From contig NC_057757.1 of the NCBI RefSeq assembly GCF_004010195.1, positions 3,986,538 through 4,032,549 on the forward strand: a stretch of DNA of 46,012 nt. The letters are read 5' to 3'. Made by a program: the position numbers and the translations under genes. This document shows positions 1-12,049 of the stretch, in pieces. The number at the start of each line of letters is the position of its first letter. Positions within the stretch are counted from its first letter, which is position 1. Origin of the DNA: Chiloscyllium plagiosum. Its lineage: Eukaryota. Below the pieces are notes generated by a model. It did no database searches. It had not been told where the DNA came from and saw only the letters and a program-made list of their open reading frames with translations.

Positions 1-174
1 GTCTCATTCTCTCGCTCTCTCTTTCTCCCCCTGTCTCTCATTCCCTCTCTCTCTCTCTATCTCCCCACCCTATCTCTCTGGCTCTCTGCCCATCAGTCTG
101 TCTTGAGACTGAGACTCTGTCTGCCAGCAAGTGGCAGTGTTTCTTTTGTTTTACTGAAATCTAACTGAGATTAA

Positions 175-402
175 GCTGCTGACTCATCAAGTGCTTTGTC
201 TGACATTGGGGGACTGGAAACTTGATGAATGAAGGTAACTTCACACAGACAGGAGATAAACCCGCAGCAACTGAGCAGATGACGTGGCCCAATGCAGCTT
301 ATTCACTTTCAGTGTTGCTGAAAGTGCAGAGTCAGTGTTTTGAAGCTTCCGCAGTATTTGTAAGCAATGCAGAAAACAAAGGCTCAGGGACGTGACCACA
401 GA
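175..402. promoter_or_regulatory. Candidate lymphoid or inducible enhancer
   Basis: Cluster in unique DNA: AP-1 TGACTCA 180-186, NFAT TGGAAA 215-220, AGATAA 254-259, TGACGT 280-285, IRF/Blimp-type TTCACTTTC 302-310, RUNX ACCACA 395-400. Confidence 0.4.
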
Positions 403-582
403 GCTTCTCCAAAGTCTGGGACTCTGTTCCTGCTGTGCTGGGAGGTGACAGGTTTTGCAGTGAATTGCAAGCAACCCCCAATGTTAAAACCTGCCCACCC
501 ACAGATACCCCAACATTTGCAATTTAAAACGATCAGAGGGACAATGAGGAGAGTGATCCAGAGGCTTAGTTAGATTGAGTCA

Positions 583-1440
583 GGGCTATGGGGAGAGGAT
601 AGGGCAATGGGATTAGTTTGGAGATTGATACAGAGCTATGAGGAGAAAATATGACAATGGGATTAGTTTGGAGATTGATACAGGGCTATGGGGAGAGGAT
701 AGGGCAATGGGATTAGTTTGGAGATTGATATAGAGCTATGAGGAGAGAATAGGGCAATGGGATTAGTTTGGAGATTGATATAGGGCTATGGGGAGAGGAT
801 AGGGCAATGGGATTAGTTTGGAGATTGATACAGGGCTATGGAGAGAGAATAGGGCAATGGGATTCTGGTTTGGGATGGATACAGAGCTCTGGGGAGACAG
901 TGAGGCAGTGAGACTTATTAGAAATTAAGGCAGGACATTTCAGAGAGAGTCAAGCAATGGGATTAGTTTGGGTTTGATAAAGAGCTATGAGGAGAGAATG
1001 GAGCAGTGGGTTTAGTTTGGGATTGATATAGGGCAATGGGGACAGAGCAGGGCAAAGGGATTAGTTTTGTCATTGACACAGGGCAATGAGTAGAGAGTGG
1101 GGCAGTGGGATTACTTTGGGGATTGATACTGGACTATGAGGAGTCTATGGGACAGTGGGATCAGTTTGGAATTGATAAAGGACTATGGGGAGAGAGCAGC
1201 ACTGTGGGAGTAGTTTGGAGATTGTCACAAGACTGAGGATGAATCAATTTGATTATCCTGGTATTGAGACTGGACTATGGGGAGTGAGCAAGCTTGTAGA
1301 ATTGGTTTGGTGTTGTCATGGGGCTATAGGAAGAGAGTCTGACAGTGGAATTACTTTCAGGTACATGACTTCACACATGTGGAGTTTGTGATGATGCACG
1401 TCTATGAGAAGAGTGTGACCCAATGGGATTTATTTACAGA
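583..1440 (+). repeat. 50-bp minisatellite decaying toward its 3' end
   Basis: gggctatggggagaggatagggcaatgggattagtttggagattgataca units at 583, 633, 683, 733, 783, 833. Confidence 0.9.
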
Positions 1441-1759
1441 TAATGCATTGGTGCCTGATTGATGGTTCATGCCAAATTTAGAGATTGGATTTTTAAAAAG
1501 TGGCATATAGTCTGGTGGTCATATTTCTGAAGTTCTCTATTGTGGTCCTGTGGCTGAGTGACATTATGAACACTACTCCAGGGAAATAAGTTGTGCTTGG
1601 TGATTAGGGCTGGTGAATATATTTTGTTTTTAAAGTAAACACTTCAGTTTGAGACTGGGTCTCCACTGTGTTCACAAAAAAAAAGTAACTGCTTATCTAT
1701 TAGATTGATATTTGTGATCTTTCTCTTTTTCATTTCTAAACATTTGTGAGACCTTGCTA

Positions 1760-2110
1760 AAACTCCACAAGGCAGATCACAGCTGGAGTACAGTGAACAG
1801 TTTTGGGCCCCTTATCTAAGGAAAGATAGATTGGCATTGGAGGCAGTCCAGGGAAGATTCATATGGCTGACATCAAGTATGTACTGACTGTTTTATAGGG
1901 ACTGTTTTATAATGACAGGTTGAGTGCATTAGGCCTGTAATCACTGGAGTTTAGAAGAATGTGAGGCTACCTTATTGGAACATACAAGATTCTTACGGGA
2001 CTGGACAGGGGAGAGGTTGTTTCCCCTTGTGGGAGAGCTTAGGACAAGAGGGCATTATCTCAGGATAAGGGGTCACCCATTACAAAAAGTGATGAGGAGG
2101 AATTTCTTTA
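1760..2110 (+). mobile_element. CR1 LINE fragment
   Basis: Degenerate LEY..QFWAPYLRKD and RGH.LRIRG motifs. Confidence 0.75.
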
Positions 2111-2172
2111 GCTTTGTTTTCATTGGACATTTGACAATCTTTAAGTCAGTGAACAACAATCCTCACTGTTTG

Positions 2173-2219
2173 TTACCCTATTAACACAGAGCTTGCTGTG
2201 ATATAGGTTAAATATAATT
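2173..2219 (-). CDS. Possible hydrophobic terminal exon of the Ig-V gene (ELYLTYITASSVLIG*)
   Basis: Two in-frame acceptors (tttcag at 2219, atcacag at 2195), phase 1, hydrophobic run ending in TAA; intron would be only 114 nt. Confidence 0.25.
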
Positions 2220-2333
2220 CTGAAACTGAAACCTATTCAAAAATATATCTTTAAAATCCCTGAACCTCCTTATCTGCTTTATCAGACATTCCAAACTCTT
2301 TTGTTAACCAGAGACATGTTTCCCTGCACTTAC

Positions 2334-2387
2334 CAGTAAATCCGAGGATCATTTTGGACACGTTTGTTCCTGGATTTGTTCCATTGC
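2334..2387 (-). CDS. Probable stalk exon of the Ig-V receptor (GNGTNPGTNVSKMILGFT)
   Basis: 54-nt phase 1-1 exon, strong acceptor ttcttcctctctcag and donor CTG|gtaagt, open frame with two N-glycosylation sequons (NGT, NVS). Confidence 0.7.
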
Positions 2388-4209
2388 CTGAGAGAGGAAG
2401 AAATAACTTGCCTTTATAGAGTACCTTTCACATCCCCAGAAGATCCCCTTAATTCACTCTGAGCTGACACAGAGAATAACAAAGGTTAAAGGAGCAGAAC
2501 AAATCATAAAATGCAACCAAGAAACTTACTAGAAAGGTCTTCAATGTGTTTGGGTTCCTTTCTGTATTGATTTGTCCTGTTTCCTGGGGCAACAGAGATA
2601 TCTTTATATCCTCAGAATGTCCCAACATAATTTACAATTAACTTTTCTCAAATTCCTTCCACAACCTTTAATTGCGATGTCACGCTGACCAATTTACACA
2701 CAGTAAAATCCCAAATGAGCAAATAAGTTAGAAGATTAAGCAATTTGCTTTGTTTCCTCTAGTCTTGCTTGAGGGTGAACAGAATAGTCAGCAGATATCA
2801 TTATCCTTCTTTGATATATCTTAAAAAAAAACAGAGAATGTTGGTGAAACTCAACAGGTCTGGCAATATATATGCAGAGAGAAAAACAGGGTTAACATTT
2901 TGAATCTGGTATGAAAGGAGCTGGAAAATGGTAGTTTTTACATGATTGATGGAGGGGAAGAAGAGGAGTGAGAGAATGGTGAGGGTTCCCAGATTAAAAG
3001 ACAATGGGAGTACTAATCATGGTGGTAAAGGAGCAATTGAGATGAAAAATAGGTGTAAATGAAGGGTTTAATAGGAAAAAAGTGATCCACTTTGTTGATA
3101 TCAAACTCAACAAGACCCAAACAAAACTTATTGAGGTGGGGTGGGGGTGTGGCATGTGAGATGGAAGAGTATATAAGAAAAATGAAGTCGCTCTCTGAAG
3201 GTGTGGAATTCAATATTGAATCATACAAACTGTCAAGTTCCTGAGTGGGGAAATAAGGAGTTGTTCCTCAAACTAAAGAACTGCAGATCTGCAAGGATCT
3301 GTTCTGGGGCTACTGATGTGTGTCATCTTTGATAAATAACCTGGATGAGGGCGTAGAAAGATGGGTTAGTAAATTTGCGGATGACACTAAGGTCGGTAGT
3401 GTTGTGGATAGTTGGATGTTGCAGGTTACAGAAGGACATAGATAAGCTGCAGAGCTGGGCTGAGAGGTGGCAAATGGACTTTAGTACAGAAAAGTGTGAG
3501 GTGATTCACTTTGGAAGAAGTAACAGGAATACAAAATACTGGGTTATTGGTAAGATTCTTGGTAGTGTAGGTGAGCAGAGAGATCTGTGTCCATGTATAT
3601 AAATCCCTGAAAGTTGCCACCCAGGTTGATAAGGTTGTTAAGAAGGCATATGGTGTGTTAGCTTTTATTAGTAGAGAGATTAAGTTTCAGTGCCATGAGG
3701 TCATGCTGCAGCTGCACAAACTCTGGTGAGGCCGCACTTGGAATATTACATACAGTTCTGGCCACTGTATTATAAGAAGAATGTGGAAGCTTTGGAAAGG
3801 GTTCAGAGGAAATTTACTAGGATGTTGTCTGGTATGGAGGGAAGATATTATGAGGAAAGGAAAAGGGATTTGAAGCTGTTTCCATGAGATAGAAGGAGGT
3901 TGAGAGGTGACTTAACTGAGACATATAAGATAATCAGAGGGTTAGATAGGGTGGACAGTGAGACCTTTTTTCCTCAGATGGTAATGGATAGCACGAGGGA
4001 ACATAGCTTTAAATTGAGGGGTGATAGACATAGGACAGATGTCAGAGGTAGTTTCTTTACTCAGAGAGTAGTAAGAGTGTGGAATGCCCTGCCTGAAACA
4101 GTAGTAGACTTGCCAACTTTAAGGACGTTTAAGTGGTCATTGGATAGACATGTGGATGAAAATGGATTAGTGTTGGTTAGATGGGCTTCAGATTGGTTTC
4201 ACAGGTCAC

Positions 4210-4411
4210 AGCACAGCAGGTCAGGCAGCATCCAGGGAACAGGAGATTCGACGTTTCGGGCACAGGCCCTTCTTCAGGAATGGATTCCTGAAGAAGGGCC
4301 TTTGCCCGAAACGTCGAATCTCCTGTTCCCTGGATGCTGCCTGACCTGCTGTGCTGTTCCAGCAATAAAGTTTCAACTTTGATCTCCAGCATCTGCAGAC
4401 CTCACTTTCTC
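4210..4411. mobile_element. Penelope-derived palindromic mini-element, family A, inserted in a CR1 3' end
   Basis: Near-perfect inverted arms; TSD ttcacaggtcac at 4198-4209 and 4412-4423. Confidence 0.8.
4282..4321 (+). ncRNA. Minimal type I hammerhead ribozyme, family A
   Basis: GGAUUC-CUGAAGA-A-GGGC(CUUU)GCCC-GAAA-CG-UC-GAAUCU: core boxes, stem I GAUUC/GAAUC, stem II 4 bp, palindromic ACGU stem III; predicted cut after 4315. Confidence 0.75.
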
Positions 4412-4724
4412 TTCACAGGTCACCACAACATCGAGGGCTGTAATGTTCCATATTCTACATTCTATGATGCCAGAGATCTGAAACAAAAACAGAAATTGCT
4501 GGCAAAAATCAGCAGAGTCTGGCAACATGCATGGGGAAAGAAAAAGCAGAGTTAATTTTGATTCTTCTTAGTTCATTGGTACTGTGGAGCCCTTTGCCAC
4601 ATCCTGTACAGTTACGTAGGAGCCCCGTTGAATTTCCTGACTGGAAGAGGGCAGCTGAGACATTGATCACTGCTTTAGGAGTCATAGAGGTTATTTTTTA
4701 AATCATTATTTTTTATATAGCACG

Positions 4725-5072
4725 GGCAGGCAGTGGAGTAGTGGTAATGTCACTGCATTAATCACCCAGAATGTCACGTTAATATTTCTGCAGACATAGG
4801 GACAAATACTATTGTGGATGATGGGGAAATCTGAATTCAGTATAAATCTGAATTTAATAAGAAAACTAACCTAATGGTGACATTTAAAGCACTGTAAATT
4901 GTCATTGATAAACAAAATGTTCACTAAAGTCCTTTTGGAAAGGAAATCTGCCACTTTATTTGCTCTGGCCTATGCGTGACTCTAGGCTTACAGTAATATG
5001 GTTGTTTCTTAACTACCCTCTGGTCATGGATCTTGGCTTGCCAGTGCTCCCATATTTCCTGAATAAATAAAA
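4725..5072 (+). mobile_element. Third SINE family, old; minus-strand pieces at about 9330-9470, 24190-24420 and 40040-40260
   Basis: Shared ttcactaa.gtcctt..ggaaggaaatctgc..tctggcct..gtgactc core. Confidence 0.6.
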
Positions 5073-5334
5073 TGTCTTTTTTGTCTATTCTTCCATCTAT
5101 GGAATGCTTTATACAGCTCATGTTAAAGATGGCAATAGCAAATTGTTTCTGGAGGGGTTTGATTCTCAGGAGGACAGTCAGAGGTTGACCTGTCAGAGCA
5201 GTGACTGTTCCCAAACAATGAACTGGGGATTGAACCCACAATTTGTTGTCTTGCAGTGTTCCTATTTCACAGCAGCACAGAATTGTTATTGTACAGAAGG
5301 AGGATATTCAGCCCATCTTGCCTGCACTAGCTCT

Positions 5335-5655
5335 TGAAACACATCCATCATAGGACAAGTGAAACAGAGACACGCACGAGAATCCCAAGAAGCATGGCAT
5401 TCCAACTGGAACTCTATCAACAAACACATTGTCTTGGATTCCATTTACCACCCACTGAAGGAAAGAACAGGAAATGACATCACCACAGGAAATGATATCA
5501 CCACAGGAAATGCCATCACCAACCCAAGGAAACCGAAACACAAAAATAGAAAGTGAGCCATACAGCCAGTGCTTCATTCAGAAGCTCACCTAGTATGGTG
5601 ACGAAACATCTGAAAACAAACATTCCAGATCAGTGAGCAAACCTACATCCAGAAC
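5335..5655 (+). mobile_element. Penelope-like family D 3' fragment
   Basis: ORF remnant QRHARESQEAWHSNWNSINKHIVLDSIYHPL plus the same 3' repeat as 34054-34507. Confidence 0.75.
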
Positions 5656-5936
5656 TACTAGTTCGCTTTGGGAAAACTGTTCAGTTTGGACAAGTTGGAC
5701 TGAAGGGTCTGTTTCTGTGCTGTGTGACACTATGACTCTATAATTCCTGTCTGTCCCCCAATACCTCTGTGCACTATTTCTACTGAAATAATCTTCCAGC
5801 GCCTCCAGGTTCTTTGTAATTTTTCAGCTGCTGATAAATCCAGCTGGAAATTTCAGCCTGCAAACTTTGATGCATGATGTGTTTCATTCTCTGCCACTTG
5901 CAGCCAATGCAGGCTGCAATGAGAATATGAAGGTCA

Positions 5937-7320
5937 AAGTTAAAAATCACACAACACCAGATTTTAGTCCAACAGCTTTATTTGAAAGCACTAGCTTTCA
6001 GAGTGCTGCTCCTTCATCAGGTGGTTGTGGAGTATAAGACCGTAAGATACAGAATTTATAGCAAAAGCTTACAGAGTTATGTAACTGAAATTATATCTTG
6101 AAAAAGACCTAGACTGTTTGTTAGGTCTCTCATCTTTTAAAATGATCATGCTGGTTTCAGTCCTTTCATATGTAAATCTCAGAACTTTTTAAAAGTCACA
6201 TTCTCAAGTGAACTTTAACAGTAGGTGCCATGTCATCTCAGATAATGCATTGAAGGTGTGAGGTGCCCTGTGTGATGCTGTCTGTGTCCCAATGTTCAGA
6301 CTGGTTCTATTTCTACAAAAGAGATTTACAGAATCTTACATGGATTCATGCAGTTTTTGAGCAAAATAAAATGTAATTCTGCAAGTACAAATTCACCCTA
6401 AAAACTTATATGTGTCCGTGTGTGTGTGTGTGTGTGGAGGGCTTATGAGCGATTTTGAAAGAGTGTGAGTGTAAAGGGGTATAAGTTGTGAGAGGGTGCG
6501 TGTATGGGAGTGCATGTGTGAGCGTATGAGAGAGAGCTTATGTATGAGAGAAGGTCTGCATGAGTGAATGGGTCTGTAGGAGTGTGTGTGTGTGTATGTA
6601 GTGCAGTGGGGTCACCTGTAGTGTGACATGAAGCAAGGTCCTGGTTGAGGACATTCCCACTGATACCCATGGTGATGGCCTCAACTGGGACCTTGGGTTC
6701 ATGTCACACTACAGATGACCCCACTGCACTACACACACAAACACACACATACATGCACACACACACACGCTCCTACAGACCCATTCACTCATGCAGACCC
6801 TCTCTCATACACAAACTCTCTCTCATACACAAACTCTGTTTAATGTGCTCACACATGCACTCCCACACTCACACCCTCTCACAGACTTATTCCCCCCTTT
6901 ACACTCACACTCACAAACATACACACTCTCTTACAGACACTCATACCAAACACCCCCCACACACAAACCCACATACATACAAACTCACAGACATATCAGT
7001 TTAATTAACACTTGCAGAATTACATTTTATTTTGCTCAAAAACTGCATGAATCCATGTAAGATTCTGTAAATCCCTTTTGCAGAAATAGAGTCAGTCTGA
7101 ACATTGAGGCCAGATAGCCTCACGCAAGCCACCTCACACCTTCAATGCATTATCTGAGGTGACATGGGACCTATTGTTAAAGTTCACTTGAGAGTGTAAC
7201 TTTTAAAAAGTTCTGGGATTTACATATGAAAGAACTGAAACCAACCATCTAAAAGATGAGAGACGTAACCAACAATCCAGGTCTTTGTACACCCCAGTCC
7301 AACTCCGGCACCTCCAAATC
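5937..7320. mobile_element. Penelope-like family B element forming a palindrome of about 1.2 kb
   Basis: Arms at about 6105-6650 and 6685-7285 include mirrored TG/CA tracts; TSD tatgaaggtca at 5926-5936 and 7321-7331; hammerhead core on minus strand at about 5988-6025. Confidence 0.75.
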
Positions 7321-7810
7321 TATGAAGGTCAGCTATAAAAATGAGATTGTTCACCCTTTCATACCTACCTGATTTGATGGACTGTCTGCGATAAACACGA
7401 AAATGATTCAAGTGAGGTGTAATATTAATAAAAACTCTTTTTCTTGGACCATTTAGAAGAGCATACAAGCTCCACAGTACGGCTGGCTATGGAGATGAAA
7501 TATCCCAGCATGCACTGCAGAGCAGCAAGTCTCCTATTAAAATGACGGGACCCGTTATTTCTGTTTGTGAAAGGTACGGGGAGAGTTCAACCTGCATTGC
7601 TCCCGCTTGTCCATCACAGTTGACGTGTCCAAAGCAACATTTCGCAATCCACAACCATGTGACAGAACACAAATGTAGAAAGGGAGAGAGGAAAAGAGGA
7701 AGAAGAGAATGAAAATAAGGAACGAATTTTAATGAAACTTGCGCCAGGCACAGTTTTACCAGTTCTAACTTGCTGCAAGAGTTCGGCTCTGATGTTTTAT
7801 TCCCAGATAG

Positions 7811-8504
7811 ATGTGGAGGTGCTGGTGTTGGACTGGGGTGGACAAAGTTAAAAATCATACAACACCAGGTTATAGTCCAACAGGTTTATTTGGAAGTGCA
7901 GTACAAGCTTTTGAAGCACTGCTTTTCGTCAGATAGCTACTGGAGTAGGATCATAGCATTTATAGGCGAAATTGGGTTCTGCAGCTGCTGGAGATTAGAG
8001 TCAAGATTAGAGTGGTGCTGGAAAAGCACAGCAGGCCAGGCAGCCTCATTTCTGATGAAGGGCTTTTGCCCAGAATGTCGATTTTCCTGCTCCTCGGATG
8101 CTGCCTGGCCTGCGTGTTTTTCCAGCACTACTCTAATTTTGACTCACAGAATTTATAGCAAAAGATCATAGTGTCAAACAAATGATGCAATATATTGAAC
8201 AAACCTAGATTGTTGTTAAGTCTTTCATTTTTAAGGATGGGTTTCAATTCATTAATATGTAAATCCAAAAATGTGACTTCAAAGAAGTTCTGGGATTTAC
8301 ATATTAATGAACTGAAACTTGCAACTCATTCTAAAAGATGAAAGCCTGAACAGCAGTCTAGGTTTGTATGACATTATGATCTTTTGCTTTAAATTCTGTG
8401 ATCTGTGATTCTACTCCACTTGCTACCTGATGAAGGAGCAATGTTCTGAAAGCTTCCAAATAAACCTGTTGGACACAAACCTGGCGTTGTCTGATTTTTA
8501 ACTT
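7811..8504. mobile_element. Penelope-like family B inverted-repeat element with a nested family A copy; further family B pieces at about 12197-12320 and 36735-37152
   Basis: aagttaaaaatcacacaacaccagg terminal sequence in both orientations and an internal inverted repeat. Confidence 0.7.
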
Positions 8505-8632
8505 CATCCCCGATTTTCACAGTGTTATTCAGGACACCTGACCACAAAGATGCTGGTTCGTTAAATATAAGGGCAGAAAGTGAGAATTCAATAACCCCCT
8601 ACTTTCTCCCCTACTCTACTATTTAATCTTTC

Positions 8633-9265
8633 ATAGAACACAGAACATAGAAAAATACAGCGCAGTACAGGCCCTTTGGCCCTCGATGTTGCGCTGATCC
8701 AAGCCCACCTAACCTACACTAGCCGGCTATCCTCCATATGCCTATCCAATTCCCGTTTAAATGCCCATAAAGAGGGAGAGTCCACCACTGTTACTGGCAG
8801 GGCATTCCATGAACTCACGACACACTGAGTAAAGAATCTACCCCTAACATCTGTCCTACCTACCACCCCTTAATTTAAAGCTATGCCCCATCGTAATAGC
8901 TGACTCCATACATGGAAAAAGGTTCTCATGGTCAACCCTATCTAAACCCCTAATCATCTTGTACACCTCTATAAAGTCACCCCTAAACCTTCTTTTCTCC
9001 AATGAAAACAGCCCTAAGTGCCTCAGCCTTTCCTCATACGATCTTCAACTTTCGGAGATCTGTGTACATGGACACCAAGATCTCTCTGCTCATCCACACT
9101 ACCAAGTATCCGACCATTAGCCCAGTACCCCGTCTTTTTGTTACTCTTACCAAAGTGAATCACCTCACACTTACCTACATTGAACTCCATTTGCCACCTT
9201 TCTGCCCAGCTGTGCAACTTATCTATATCCCGCTGTAACCTGATACATCCTTCCTCACTGTCAAA
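8633..9265 (-). mobile_element. CR1 LINE 3' portion with internal deletion
   Basis: WAERWQMEFNVGKCEVIHFG; short tandem tail (catagaa)n. Confidence 0.85.
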
Positions 9266-9718
9266 CACATCCTTCCTCACTTTCATTTTTGTCATGGCAC
9301 CATTGCCAAGTCCAGTATTGTTGCCAGTCCCTAATGGCACTTGAACTGAGTGCTTTGCTTGGCCACTTCAGAAGGCAATTAAGACCCAGCGGCACTGGCT
9401 GTTGGTATGGAGTCACATATAAGTCAAAATAGGTAAGGATGGCAGATTTTCTCTCCTAAAAGTGGAATTGATAAATTAATTTTGTACATTTTGTACGTGT
9501 CAAAAAAAACCCAAATCAAATGCCCAGAAAACCAATGATTCCTTGTTTTTAACATACTTGTGGTTGAGGCTCTGGGGGAGAGAGTTCATAAGGTTGACCA
9601 CCACAAAACATTTCTCCTCAGCTTAGTCCCAAAAGGCTGCAACTGCACATGAGCTGCCAAGTCAGTGCCAATTAAATGCTGATGCAGGCATTAGTTGAAG
9701 GGGGTGACACTCCTGTAC

Positions 9719-10078
9719 CTGGTATGACATGAAGCTGGGTCCCACGCCCCTTCATCTGGATAATGGGCAGAGGCTCGAGGAGTTCGACGAGGCAGATGTA
9801 GAGGCCACTGTCACTGGCGATGGCACCACTGATGCGCAACAAGGAGCTCCTCGCTTGCAGGTCCACCTCAAGTACCAGTCTCTTGCTGGTCTTGCCTCCC
9901 TTAACGTTGCCAGGCACAATCGCATACACCTCACCTTCGGGCAGATTCCACTGTAAGGCTACCAGTTGTGACGGATGATTGGACGGGTCAAAGTGGCAAT
10001 ATAGTGCCACATCATCCCCTTCCTCCACCTTCAACAAGTCGGGAGACTGGTGGACCCCACCATGAACTGGACCTCCTG
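9719..10078 (-). CDS. Germline-joined VJ-type Ig V-domain exon, CD28/CTLA-4/NKp30-like receptor
   Basis: Translates to ..VHQSPDLLKVEEGDDVALYC..QW..DSGLYICLVELLEPLPIIQMKGRGTQLHVIP: B-strand Cys, C-strand Trp, DxGxYxC, J-like GxGTxLxV; polypyrimidine plus tandem AAG/CAG acceptor (10078 or 10075), phase-1 donor CCAG|gtacag. Confidence 0.93.
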
Positions 10079-10134
10079 CTTTAAGAAAGAGAAAAAGGTA
10101 AGTAGACTAATTAGCAAAGTTAGAACATGTGAAC

Positions 10135-11165
10135 TTCAGTGTGAGTTTGCCAGTTTGATACAACATCAGCTGGACAGGAAGAGACAGAGAGTAATGGTGG
10201 AGAGTTGTTTTTCAGATTAGTGGCCATAGTGATCCACAGGATTTGGTACTGGGTCCACTTATATCAATAACTTAGATAAGAATACCGAAGACATGGTTAG
10301 AAAGTTTGTAGATGACAACAAATTTGGTCAAAATAGTGGACAGTCTAGAAGGTTATCTAAGAGTGCAAAGAGATCAACTGATTCAATGGGCTGAAGAGTG
10401 GCAGATGGAGTTTAATTTGGATAAATGTAAGGTGTTGCATTTTAGCAAAACAAACAAGGGCAGGATTTGTACAATTAAAAGTAGGGCCTTGGGTAGTGTT
10501 GTCGAACAGAGACGCAGGGGTTCATGTGTATTATTCTTAGAAATGTAAAGACAAGGTGGTTAAGAAGGTGTTTAGCATGCTTGCCTTCATTGCTCAGGCC
10601 TTTTAGTAAAGGAATTGGGATGTTATGTTGAGGTTAAACAGGACATTGGTGCAACCTTTTCTGGAGTCCAGTTCCAGTCGCCTTGTTATAGGAAGGATAT
10701 TATTACACTGGTGAGGATTCAGAAGAGATTTACCAGGACGTTGCCAGGAATGGAGGGTTTTGAGTTCTAAGGAGGGGCTGCATAGGCTGGGACTTCTTTC
10801 ACTGGAATGTAGGAGATTGAGAGGTGATCTTACAGAGGTTTATAAAATGGTGAGGGGTGTGGACAAGGTGATGACAGGTGTCTTTTCCCTAGGGTGGGGA
10901 ATTATAAGATTTGGGGAAATATTTTTAAGGTGAGAGGAGAAAAATAAAAATAAGACATGAGAGGCAATTTTTTTCACACAGGAAGTAGTTTATGTGTGGA
11001 ATGAATATCCAGAGGAAGTGGTGTAAGCGGGTACAATTATAGCACACAAATAGGAAAGATTTGGAGAGGGATGGGCCAAGTGCAGGCAGGTGGGACTAGT
11101 TTAATTTGGGATTATGGTCAGGGTGGACTGAAGGGTCTGTTTCCATCCTGTATGATTCTCTAAGT
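10135..11165 (+). mobile_element. CR1 LINE 3' portion
   Basis: WAEEWQMEFNLDKCKVLHF motif and CR1 3' tail. Confidence 0.9.
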
Positions 11166-11235
11166 CAACCCCGACCATTGAATTGGACTGGACCTGCTAC
11201 CTCGGCTTAGCTCAAGCCCCAGACCCATTGAAGAA

Positions 11236-11660
11236 AACAAGGTTTGTATTTATATAGTGCCTTCCCGCAACCCTGAGGATGTCCCAAAGTCTGTTGCGGC
11301 CAAGAAAATTGGATTGTGACTACAAGAAAATTTTATTTTAGATCAACCAATCTGCTCATGGTAAGTTCCCAGTGTGAAAATGACCAGATTTTATCTCATA
11401 GTGATGTTAGAGTGATGGAGGATAGAGTTGGGTCCAGAGTATCATGGAGAAGGATTTATTTAAAATCTGACTGTGAGACCTTTCAGCTCCACTTGTGAGA
11501 GCAGGTGATTAAGTCTCCTGTCCCAAAACTAGTGCCTCTGACAGTGCGGAAGTCCCTCAGTGCTGCAAAGGGAATTCTAGTCTTAGCCTTCTGGAATGGG
11601 ACACAATCCCAAGACCTTCTGACTCAAATGTGAGGATGCTATCTACCACGCCACATGCCA
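11236..11660 (-). mobile_element. Deu-domain SINE (SacSINE1/AmnSINE1-like), degenerate
   Basis: gcctctgacagtgcggaagtccctcagtgctgc core and ttgtatttatatagtgcctt tail. Confidence 0.6.
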
Positions 11661-12049
11661 CACATGATCAAAGGTGTCTCTCCAGTGCAGTTCCTGAAGA
11701 GGGTAAAACTTTTTCATGGAATCGTTCAGCGTACAAGACGTTAAACTGATGCCTGGATCAAGTAGGAAGAAGAAGATTACCTCAATAGGCCAGGCACTGT
11801 TCATTATTTATTTAACATCACTGCCAAATAGATCATCAGTCATTGTCACATTGGTGTTGGTGGGATCTTGCTGTGCATACATTGACTGCCATGTTTCCTA
11901 CATTTGAAGAGTGACAACTCTCCAAACCCTCATTCAGTGGCTCTGAAATGCTTTGGGATGTTCTAAGATTGCAAAAAGGTGCTACTCAAACGAAAGGCCT
12001 TCTTTGGAAATATAATGGACAGATCAACTCTGAGATAACATTGGAGGCA

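Larger units (their letters stand above)
3330..4460 (+). mobile_element. CR1 LINE 3' portion (RT C-terminus), degenerate
   Basis: [49 protein letters not shown] motifs. Confidence 0.9.

Noticed and set aside
7487-7858. Extra exon of the Ig-V gene after a polypyrimidine tract near 7680
   Set aside because: No AG directly after the tract, no recognisable domain, and the ORF begins in a Penelope repeat
9600-10100. Rearranging TCR or Ig V segment
   Set aside because: The J-like motif is already in the same exon and I see no heptamer-spacer-nonamer RSS next to it
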